Of a DNA stretch of 64,000 nt, positions 28,343-37,000 are shown in pieces (positions within the stretch are counted from its first letter, which is position 1; each line of letters starts with the position of its first letter). This DNA is from Candidatus Latescibacterota bacterium. GTDB lineage: Bacteria; Latescibacterota; UBA2968; GCA-2709665. The stretch is taken from contig OZ241917.1 in the NCBI GenBank assembly GCA_965203805.1, positions 832,001 to 896,000 of the forward strand. The letters run 5' to 3'. The notes beneath the pieces were generated by a model that saw nothing but the letters and a program-made list of their open reading frames with translations, searched no databases and was not told the DNA's origin. Position numbers and translations under genes: made by a program.

Positions 28343-28946
28343 GAGTACCTATTCGGCTATATTCGCTTGTTGCGGCGACAAATAAGAAATCCTCGAGAAT
28401 TTTAAAATTCTCCGCCACATTGATATGCACGTTTTCGGAAAAGGCTGGTTCCCGCAGGTGAGTGTTTGCCCTGAAAAACACCTTTGTTTCTTTCCATTTC
28501 TTCATACTGGGAATCCTGTCCTTATCAGAATATCCAAGAAATGTATTGAAAAAGAAATCATCCGCCTGTTGATTTCTGAGACTACCTTCCTTGTGCTTAT
28601 TTATCAGATTCGCAATCATCTCGCATACATTATACGGAATCAGATGTCCCTCTCCCCTCTGTTCCGCCGTGAATAATCCTTGCCCTCCCCATTCATTTCT
28701 CCACTTCTGTTGTAGTTTTCCTACAAGATGACGGTAATCAACTTGAGATGACCGAATACCGGCGACGGTTCGAGCGAGAAAATTCATTAGGTCCCTTGCC
28801 ACATGCGATACGAACGTAATGTATCCCGGTGACCTATCTTTTAGCGAAAGCGCGGCTCCTCTGTATGCGTCGGCGTACACGGGCAGCTCGAGTCTATTAT
28901 CGAGCCAGTCGAATATCTGTTGCTGTGTTTCCGAAAGCACTGTCAT
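28311..28946 (-). CDS. Uncharacterised protein, putative HEPN-like nuclease/effector
   Basis: 211 aa; YRGA..L....P......H.ARDLMN and FF..NTH align with YLGA..I..NPD....NSLRELME and FTHH in the fusion ORF. Confidence 0.65.
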   Translation of the reverse strand: MTVLSETQQQIFDWLDNRLELPVYADAYRGAALSLKDRSPGYITFVSHVARDLMNFLARTVAGIRSSQVDYRHLVGKLQQKWRNEWGGQGLFTAEQRGEGHLIPYNVCEMIANLINKHKEGSLRNQQADDFFFNTFLGYSDKDRIPSMKKWKETKVFFRANTHLREPAFSENVHINVAENFKILEDFLFVAATSEYSRIGTLDAILEETNT

Positions 28947-28952
28947 GGTAAC

Positions 28953-31900
28953 TTACAATCCCATCCGGTATTTGATGTCATAGTTGATGATGAAATCCAG
29001 TTCATCCGCAGTAAAATCGTAGTGGTTCGCCAATGTTTGGTCGATATCGTCAATTGTCGGTTTGCAGGGAGCTACGTTGTATTGATCGACTTCCGCTTTC
29101 CCGTAGACGATGCGTTGTGAGTTCATCTTTAATCCTGCCATCAACTCTTCAACTATACACGATAGCTGTTTTGATAGCTGGCGAAGGCCATCTAATTTTA
29201 TCGGAAATAGTGCAATGTCGGAGGGATAAACATGCCGCGCGTCGGTTAGACTCTTCCAAAGGAAGTAAAAAAGGTTGCTATTTAATATCGAGCAATACAG
29301 CACTGCCAATTCGGAAGATGGCAACCTGAGCTCCGAAATTGTCGTATGGGTCTTGTTGGGTTCCTTTAGGGACCTATAATAAGGGGCAAATGTAAACGTC
29401 TTTATCCAATAACCACCGGCATTGTGGTAATGAACTACGTGAGCGCCACGAAATTGCCGATACGACGCCCAGGGACTTTGATGCGATAACGCCTTGAGTA
29501 ATGCAGAATGCCCAATCGGGTCGTTAACCTTTGGGATACTATAAGCTTGCCTCGATTCCCCCAATTCAAGATATCGCATGTTATAAAAAAGAACCGGGCG
29601 TTCTTCGGAGTACCATGTAATGTAATCGGTCGTATAACCTTTCGCGTTCGTTCCTTTTTTAGATATGCATATTGTATTCCTCTGCATTACGCCGGGAAAT
29701 AAAGCGGCGGGCCTGAGGGCGAAATTGCTTAACCAGATTACGGAGTTTTGGTCGAACAACAATCCTTGGAGCGCTGCCATACGCTGGGCTGCGGTGAGCG
29801 ATATTGGATTGATAAAGCCAAACCTGCCACTCTCGCAAAGGAGCAGATTCGATCGCTCGATCGTAAACGCGTATAGGTTTCCACAATGCTCCGTCGAAAA
29901 GTCGTTTATTGTATATATCGTGCGAACCTTTTTGTATTCGACATACGGTGGATTCCCGATCACCACGTCAAACCCACCCCTTTGCACGATACCATAGAAT
30001 TCCACGAACCAGTGGAATGGCTGGTGGCTTGCACACCATTGCTCGTAGGCAGTTGCGTCGTTTTCTTGGACACCGTATTCACCAGCCAGATATCGGTCCA
30101 ATTGGTCCCGAAGGTCATCGAGCCGTCCACGCAGATTAACCTTTGCTTGAGCGAATACTTGCGCATCCATCTCTTGTTCGGTCTGCATTTTCTGGAACAT
30201 ACGAAAAGCGCGATCAGCGACGTCGGCGCGTTCTTCGATGTCGGGAAGCGATTGTTCCTTGAATAAGTCGCCCCTTACAGCCCGTCTCACATCGTCAAGA
30301 GAGGTAAAGCCAACCAATGTGTTGCCAGCGCGTATGTTGAAGTCGATGTCGGGCAAAGGCTCGATCTGTTCGACGCTTTCCAGTTGCGCAACGAGCTTCA
30401 GGAAGAGGCGCAGTTTGCAGATTTCGACAGCCTCTTCCATTATGTCCACACCATAGAGATTGTTGATAATGATGGACTTGAGAATGAAATATCGCTCGCT
30501 GGGATGAGACTCGACCTGTTTGAGTATCTGCCGGAAGTCGTTCATCTTTTCGGGGCGATGTTTGCGCTTCGATCGCTCTAAATCATCCAGAAGACCGCGC
30601 ATCGCCTCCAGGCACGCGGTGTAGATGGGTTCCAGGATGTTGAGTGCCGCAAACAGGAAGGCGCCGGATCCGCAGGTGGGATCCAGAATCGACACCCCGG
30701 AAATTGCCTTCCAAAAGGCGCGGACCAGTTCAGGTCCCTCGCTCCCCGAAATGACGTCTTGCGCGAATTTCTCAATATCCAGGTTGTACGTAATCAGGTC
30801 GTTGATTTCTATGACCTTACCCGCGGTAAGTTTGGCGTATACTTCCTCGTAGTGGCGCCGACGTGCTACATGCTCGCGCCAGGTTTCGGTTGGCAGTGCA
30901 TAGTCGCCGGTCGCGGGTTCATTCCAGTTGTCGCGTTTTGCGACGTCTTCCAGTCCTGCTGCGATTTCCGAAGGCAGGTCGCGCTTCCGCACAAGGTCTT
31001 CCTTCTTGTGGATATCGTTCGTGATCCCGTGACGGACCGCTTCGTAGAAGTACCGATCCGGCTCCTCCTGCAACAGAGACCACACCCCTCCGCCGGGCCT
31101 GAACGCAATTGGACACGCCTTCTTTGCCTGGTCGAACAGAAACGGAATGATCGTATTGCGGCTGATGTATCCGGTGATGTCCTCTTTGGTGTAGTAGGCC
31201 CCCATCTGCTTCTGGTTGATGTACTTCTCGAAGATGTAGCCGAGCACGTCGGGGTTGATCTCATTGTCATTGCGTAACGGCCGGTCGTCCAGGTGCCACT
31301 GATAGGCGTCGAAAAAATCGAAGATTCGCTCGAACGCTTCATCGGGGATCCGAATTTCCGGATTGTCGTGCTCCAGATCGTGGACGTCGAAAAGGCCGCC
31401 GTTGAGGAATGGCACCTTGCCAAGCAGGCTCACAATCTCCGGGGTGCGGTCGGCCTCCGGTCGCCCCAGCCCGTCATGAAACAGCCTAAGAAGGAATACC
31501 CGATAGAACCTGTTGAAACGCCCGTTTCCATATTGCTGCCGAACCTTTTCGAGACGGTCGCGGAGGTATTCGGTGTTGTTGTCGAGGAATCCGCGTTTCT
31601 GGATGAAGTAGATGAACATCATGCGGTTCAGCATCAGCGAGGCGTACCATTCTTTCTCGGCCAGGTCTCCGATCCCCTCGATGAACCCCAGAAAGGCCTC
31701 GTGTTCCTTCTTGAAGCGGTCGTAGAACCGTTTTGTGACCTTTTCGACGTCAAAGGCTGCCCGAACCCGACCAGATACGTCAACGATAGTCAGGTCGTCT
31801 TCTTCGTCGAGTGTGAAGGCGATGTTTTCGAGCTTCTGAATGAGCCGTTCGCCGGTATCCCCTCGGCGGAACGATTCCGAACGTTGCCGGTCCGGACGGC

Positions 31901-32231
31901 TCGGCTCGCGTTTTACCCACTGCCAGGACTGCTCGCTCTTGTCACGGGTGGTGTAGACGATGATGTGTTCGCGGACCTGTTTGGCGACGGCTTTTTCGAT
32001 CTTCGTTCGGGTAGGATACTCGGGAATCGTCGTCCCGGCGTCAGCGACGTGCTGGTACGCGACCATGCCCCGTTTGTGTGCAACAGCTTCGAGGGTAAAC
32101 GACCGCTGATCGGCTTCGACCACCGTATCGACACCCCCGTGGTCCCAGCCCAGTTCCTCAATGAAGAGCGCACGGAGGTTGAATTCTTCCAGATACGTCC
32201 TGACTTTGTCTCTGTTCAATTTTGAGGGCAC
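28953..32231 (-). CDS. N6-adenine DNA methyltransferase, Eco57I-like, with C-terminal target recognition domain
   Basis: GAYYT, ILDPTCGSGAFL (motif I), LYGVDI, VIGNPPY (motif IV). Confidence 0.92.
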   Translation of the reverse strand: MPSKLNRDKVRTYLEEFNLRALFIEELGWDHGGVDTVVEADQRSFTLEAVAHKRGMVAYQHVADAGTTIPEYPTRTKIEKAVAKQVREHIIVYTTRDKSEQSWQWVKREPSRPDRQRSESFRRGDTGERLIQKLENIAFTLDEEDDLTIVDVSGRVRAAFDVEKVTKRFYDRFKKEHEAFLGFIEGIGDLAEKEWYASLMLNRMMFIYFIQKRGFLDNNTEYLRDRLEKVRQQYGNGRFNRFYRVFLLRLFHDGLGRPEADRTPEIVSLLGKVPFLNGGLFDVHDLEHDNPEIRIPDEAFERIFDFFDAYQWHLDDRPLRNDNEINPDVLGYIFEKYINQKQMGAYYTKEDITGYISRNTIIPFLFDQAKKACPIAFRPGGGVWSLLQEEPDRYFYEAVRHGITNDIHKKEDLVRKRDLPSEIAAGLEDVAKRDNWNEPATGDYALPTETWREHVARRRHYEEVYAKLTAGKVIEINDLITYNLDIEKFAQDVISGSEGPELVRAFWKAISGVSILDPTCGSGAFLFAALNILEPIYTACLEAMRGLLDDLERSKRKHRPEKMNDFRQILKQVESHPSERYFILKSIIINNLYGVDIMEEAVEICKLRLFLKLVAQLESVEQIEPLPDIDFNIRAGNTLVGFTSLDDVRRAVRGDLFKEQSLPDIEERADVADRAFRMFQKMQTEQEMDAQVFAQAKVNLRGRLDDLRDQLDRYLAGEYGVQENDATAYEQWCASHQPFHWFVEFYGIVQRGGFDVVIGNPPYVEYKKVRTIYTINDFSTEHCGNLYAFTIERSNLLLCESGRFGFINPISLTAAQRMAALQGLLFDQNSVIWLSNFALRPAALFPGVMQRNTICISKKGTNAKGYTTDYITWYSEERPVLFYNMRYLELGESRQAYSIPKVNDPIGHSALLKALSHQSPWASYRQFRGAHVVHYHNAGGYWIKTFTFAPYYRSLKEPNKTHTTISELRLPSSELAVLYCSILNSNLFYFLWKSLTDARHVYPSDIALFPIKLDGLRQLSKQLSCIVEELMAGLKMNSQRIVYGKAEVDQYNVAPCKPTIDDIDQTLANHYDFTADELDFIINYDIKYRMGL

Positions 32232-32270
32232 CTGGATGTCCCCTGGTATGTTATGTCCGAACGAGATTGA

Positions 32271-32396
32271 TTAGTGAAGCGGTTCGATTTCGTCGGATCG
32301 CGCGAAGTCGTGCTGGTTCTGCGTTACCAGCCTTCGGACGCCATGGGTTGCTATTTTAGCCAAGTTGAAAAGCGTGTCACTGGCCATCATCGCCAT
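32271..32396 (-). pseudogene. Internally deleted PIN/VapC toxin remnant
   Basis: 41-codon ORF MAMMASDTLF...ATHGVRRLVTQNQHDFARSDEIEPLH overlapping the AbrB stop; keeps the PIN C-terminal T.N..DF motif but not the core. Confidence 0.65.
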
Positions 32397-32649
32397 AGAT
32401 CTCATCCCTATTCCACGACGTCGTCTTTCCAGTCCTGACCGTCACCAGATCCAGCATCGGGACATCGGCGTCTGTCGTCCCCGTCCCGTCCAACTCGTCT
32501 AGATCGGATTCATTATCGGACCTGGGACGAAGAAGGAGGCCGTCAGGTCCTTTCTCAATCTCAAGATGGTCTCCCGGACCTACCCGCAGCATGTTTTGCA
32601 CCCGCTTTGGTAGGGTGACCTGACCCTGTGAACTTATCTTAACGATCAT
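32377..32649 (-). CDS. AbrB/MazE/SpoVT-family antitoxin
   Basis: MIVKISSQGQVTLPK.V...L.VGPGD.LE; antitoxin-like tail WNRDEIY. Confidence 0.88.
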   Translation of the reverse strand: MIVKISSQGQVTLPKRVQNMLRVGPGDHLEIEKGPDGLLLRPRSDNESDLDELDGTGTTDADVPMLDLVTVRTGKTTSWNRDEIYGDDGQ

Positions 32650-32677
32650 GGGGACTTCCTTAGAACCCGATTGAGGG

Positions 32678-32722
32678 TAACCGAACCAGTACTATTGCGT
32701 CAATCCCTTAGCGACGGGTCAT
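32678..32722 (-). pseudogene. 5' scar of PIN toxin with a stop at codon 5
   Basis: MTRR*GIDAIVLVRL versus MTRRFGIDTSVLVRL in the intact PIN gene at 39007-39405. Confidence 0.8.
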
Positions 32723-32942
32723 ACGATTGTCTCCTGAAGTCCTGGAGATCAAATGTCCCACGTCCGCGCCGGATTTTGTGGCGCAACGTCCCGAGACGGG
32801 TACAAACGATGCGCCCCGGCCTCAGGACGAACCCGTCGGGCCCTTCTACGATTTCGAGTTGGTCGCCCGGGCCAACGCCCAGTGCGTTAAGCAATCGTTC
32901 GGGCAACGTGACCTGTCGTTTCGACGTTATTTTGACGATCAT
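32700..32942 (-). CDS. AbrB/MazE/SpoVT-family antitoxin, close paralogue of 39383-39625
   Basis: MIVKITSKRQVTLP...GVGPGDQLEIVEGPDGF...SYDPSLRD, 80 aa. Confidence 0.9.
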   Translation of the reverse strand: MIVKITSKRQVTLPERLLNALGVGPGDQLEIVEGPDGFVLRPGRIVCTRLGTLRHKIRRGRGTFDLQDFRRQSYDPSLRD

Positions 32943-32964
32943 GGATATTCGGCTGAGATTCATC

Positions 32965-33152
32965 GGACTACGAAACAAAAGAAAGGACTACGAAAGATAC
33001 GAAAAGGCACGAAAAAGGATCAAAGACATTGGACTACGAAAGACACTAAGTGGTGCGAAATAGGATCAGAGGCATGAACTACGAAAAACGCGAAAAGGCA
33101 CGAAATAGGATCACAAGCACGGACTACGAAAGATACAAAATGACGCGAAAAT
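32965..33152 (+). repeat. Tandem ~45-bp repeat array 1 (CTACGAAA..CGAAA..CGAAA)
   Basis: Units start at 32985, 33031, 33076 and 33121, with a partial unit at 32965. Confidence 0.9.
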
Positions 33153-33160
33153 GAGGTCTG

Positions 33161-33544
33161 TCATTCGTTTACGAAACGTTCGTATTCCAGCCCTGGATGA
33201 TGGCCGAAGTTGACGAGCAGGCCGAGTTTAACGCTTGTTGATTTCAGGTAGTTGATGATTTGGGCACGATGTTCATCTTTCAATTGTTTCACTGCCTTGA
33301 TTTTCACGATAATTCTGCCGAAACAGAAAAAATCCGGCTGGTAGAATTGCTTCAATGCCTGTCCTTTGTACCGAAGTTTCAAGTCCATTTTCTCTTCGTA
33401 CGTGATCGCCGAGGAAGCGAATTCCATCGCAAGACACTCCTGGTAAACCGCTTCAAGAAAGCCGGCTCCTTTTTCCTTGTACACTTCGAAGCAGGCACCG
33501 ATTATCCGATAGCTTTCCTCTTTGTAGACGATTTTTCCTGTCAT
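33161..33544 (-). CDS. GxxExxY protein (PD-(D/E)xK superfamily)
   Basis: GAGFLEAVY, QPDF, HRAQIINYLK, GLLVNFG; expected ExK reads KIK. Confidence 0.92.
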   Translation of the reverse strand: MTGKIVYKEESYRIIGACFEVYKEKGAGFLEAVYQECLAMEFASSAITYEEKMDLKLRYKGQALKQFYQPDFFCFGRIIVKIKAVKQLKDEHRAQIINYLKSTSVKLGLLVNFGHHPGLEYERFVNE

Positions 33545-33637
33545 ACCTTTCGCGTCTTTTCGCGGGTTTCGTAGTTAATCAAGCCCATGGAGCAGATGAT
33601 TCGATGGCTTTCTCTTTGTGGATGTCCACTCGAAAAT

Positions 33638-33823
33638 GCGAAATTAAGATCAAAGGCATGAACTACGAAAGACACGAAAAGGCACGAAACAGGATCAGAG
33701 GCAGGAACTACGAAAAATACGAAAAGGCACGAAATAGGATCAGAAGCAGGAACTACGAAAAATACGAAATGACGCGAAATAGATTCAAAAGAACAGGCGA
33801 CCAAAGATACGAAGGGCACGAAA
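33638..33823 (+). repeat. Tandem 45-bp repeat array 2
   Basis: GAACTACGAAA units at 33660, 33705 and 33750 plus degenerate flanking units. Confidence 0.9.
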
Positions 33824-33835
33824 GAGTATCCCTGA

Positions 33836-33940
33836 TTCGTTTACGTAACGTTCGTATTCCAGTCTTGGATGATGACCGAAGTTGACGAGCAGGCCGAGTT
33901 TCACGCCTGTTGCATTCACGTAGACGATTTTTCCTGTCAT
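33836..33940 (-). pseudogene. Internally deleted second GxxExxY copy
   Basis: MTGKIVY joined in frame to ATGVKLGLLVNFGHHPRLEYERYVNE, i.e. both termini of 33161-33544. Confidence 0.88.
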
Positions 33941-34097
33941 TTCTTTCGCGTCTTTTCGCGACTTTAGTAGTTTATCAGACCCATAGAACAGATGAATTAC
34001 GGCTTCTGCGGTTCATGTTCCACTCCGACAACGTGAGCTACTCTATGCCGACGATTTCTCTACTCATACCTTTCGTGTCTTTTCGCGTCTTTCGTAG

Positions 34098-37000
34098 TTA
34101 TTCTTTCCTCGTCTTTTCGCGATTTTCGTAGTCAACCAAGCCCATAGAACAGATGATTCGAGGCTCCTGCGGTTCGTCGTCCTCGTGCACGACACACAGC
34201 CGCCCATCTTCCCAAATCTCGATCACGACAGAAGCCAGATCCTCGTCAGAAATACCGCTGCGCAGTTGCCGGTTCAGTTTATCCACGGTCGATTGCCGCA
34301 GCGGATATCGGTAGATCTCACCCACCGCCCGCCGAAGCTGTTGTGTATCGAAGAGCGTTCCCTCGACACTCTCGGCATAATTCTTCAGCCGTTCATAGGT
34401 GCGGAATCTCGCACCGGAAGGTCGTCCCAGTTGACCGCCGACCTGATTCTCCTCGCGCGCGATCCGTTCCGCGGCTTTTCCGACAAGATTGTGATGTTTC
34501 TCGTGCCTGGGCAACGCGGGAGTATCCGGTTTGCATTCTGCTGCACGCAGGATTTCAAACTGGCTTTCTGTGACGCTGTCCCCTTTCCGATCCATCCACG
34601 AGAGGGCATCGTTGTCCTGTGTCGTCCGCATGTAAACGAGTACACCAGCCTGCTGATTCTCTTTAGACGAGGCGGCTTTGGAGGTATGTACGACGTCCGG
34701 CATCTCCTCCACTTTTTTCTCCAGCGCCTGATCGGCAGTTGTGGCGTTTTTCCAGATCTGATAGGCATAAGAAGCCAGGTCTACCTCGGAATCGTCGTCG
34801 CCGTCAAGGATTCCGGTCTGTTCGTTATACAGATCCACGACGGAACGAGTGTCATCGTCCTCGAAAAAGGCTTCGTCGGTTCCCACGACTTCGGCATTCT
34901 CGCCGAGGCGCTGCCTTACGCGGGCGCGTAACCGAATCACGCGTTCAATGCCCTCGGCAGGAAGAAAGGAGTAACAGAGGATGTCCTGCGCCGACTGCCC
35001 TATACGGTCCACACGTCCGGCTCTCTGAATCAGCCGGATTATCGCCCACGGAAGGTCGTAATTGACCACGATGGCGCAATCCTGCAGGTTCTGTCCCTCG
35101 CTCAACACGTCCGTCGCGACCAGCACTCTGAGTTCCTCATCAGCCGCGGTCTGCCCGCCCTTTTCATTGCTCCTGGGACTGAAACGCCAGGCAAGCTGAG
35201 TCGGATCCGCCGAACCGCCCGTAACGCCGGACAACCGTTCCACGCCCCCATCCCTGAGTTGACGTTCCAGGTAATGTACCGTGTCGGCGAACTGCGTGAA
35301 GACCAGAACCTTGTCACGTGGATGCTTGTCCGCAAGGATTTCCTGCAGCGCGACGAGCTTGGCGTCGAGTGACGGATTCCATTGGCCGAAGTCCTCCAAC
35401 ATTTCACGCAACGTTTTAGTGTCCGACAAAAGAGATTGCAGCAGTGACTCACCGAAATGACGCGGACTGAGCCACCGAAATCGACTTCTGTATCGTTCGG
35501 CGTAATCAGTGTAAACTCTCGTGGCGTGCCGACGGAACTCTTCCTCGGTTCTTAGAGAGTGTTCGGTCTGATTCTGGCCGCCTTCGTCCTCTCCTTCGTC
35601 AAAAATGTCACCGGCGGCGCCGTCCGCATCCTCGTCGTAAGATTGGGGATCCAGAATGCCGGCATCTGTCGTGCCGATCGGCAGATCGAGTCCGTTTTCG
35701 ATGGCGTGGATAAAGATGAAGTTCCTCAGGACATGCCGCTCGATCGACAGCAGGAACGAATGACCGCTGCTTTCTAGGCGTTTGAACAGATTCGTGCGGC
35801 AGAAGCCCATGAGGCGCCGTCCCGCGCGCGACAGGTCCTGCAGGATCCGGTCCTCGGCAGACGATGGCGGCGGGGCGACGGACGCCGCCAGGTAGTTTGC
35901 CAGACCGTAGCGCGGGAGTTCCAAACCATTGATAGAGGATACCACGTTGTCGTCGAATAGGCGCGCGTATTGGTTGTCGATTTCGAAACCCACGGTTCGG
36001 GGAACGCGAACGGGGAAATAGGAACGCGAGCCGTCTTCGAATGTCAGATACCTTCGTCCATTGGCCGGATCCAGCGTTGCGTAGTTCTCTTGAATAAAGC
36101 TGCGCGTGCGCCGTACGAGGTAGAGTCGCATCAACTCGCGCCAGTCGTCCGCGTATTCCGACTGTTCGAATGCCGCGAGAGACCGTACGTCTGCCTGATG
36201 GCGGCGAATGAACTCGGTTTCTCCCATCTCCCGTAGCAGGCGCTCGGGTCTGATTCCCAGGTCTTCATCCTCACGCACAAACAGTCGGATCTGGTTTGAG
36301 AGATCCTGGTACGTCTTATTGTACGGCGTGGCCGAAAGCAGGATGCACTTGCTTTCGTTCTCACGGATGTATTCCTGGATCGCACGGTAACGCTTGCCCT
36401 CACGGTTCCTGAGATTATGGCTCTCGTCGATCACAACCAGCCTGTAGCGTCGCATGTCGGGTAGTCTATTGATAGCCTGGCTGATCGAAAGTACCCGCGC
36501 ACGCAGCCGATACTCGTCGCGATAGTCCTCCCACATCGCCACCAGGTTTTTCGGGCAGATAATCAGCGTTGCTACCCCATGATCGTCTTCAAACACCCGC
36601 GCTAACGCCGTGGCCATCAGCGTTTTACCAAGCCCAACCACATCGCCGATGATAACACCGCCACGCTTGTTCAGGTGGTGTGCGGCGATCTTCACGGCGG
36701 CCACCTGGAAATCGAGAAGCTTGCTGCCGAAGTCGTTCGGAATTCGGAACTCAGTCAGACCCGCCCGGGCTTCCTGCGACAGGTGATAAGCCATCTTCAC
36801 GTAAATGTGGTACGGCGGAATCAGTCGAGGCCCCGCCCAACTTTCGTCGATAATCTGCGCCAACTCCTCAGAAATATCGATGCACCAGCGGTCGTTCCAG
36901 CGATCTTCGAACCATTGCGCAAGCTTAGCACACGCATCGTGATCCATCACGTCAACGTTCAACTCACCCTGCCGGGAAAGACCGGACTGCGTGAGATTGC

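Noticed and set aside
32965-33823. CRISPR or TIGR-like array interpretation of the 45-bp repeats
   Set aside because: Units are similar along their whole length, with no unique spacers and no cas-like genes in the window
32671-33885. Plus-strand ORFs with NYEKYEKARNRI repeats and the minus-strand ORF 33541-33819
   Set aside because: Incidental translations of the 45-bp DNA repeats
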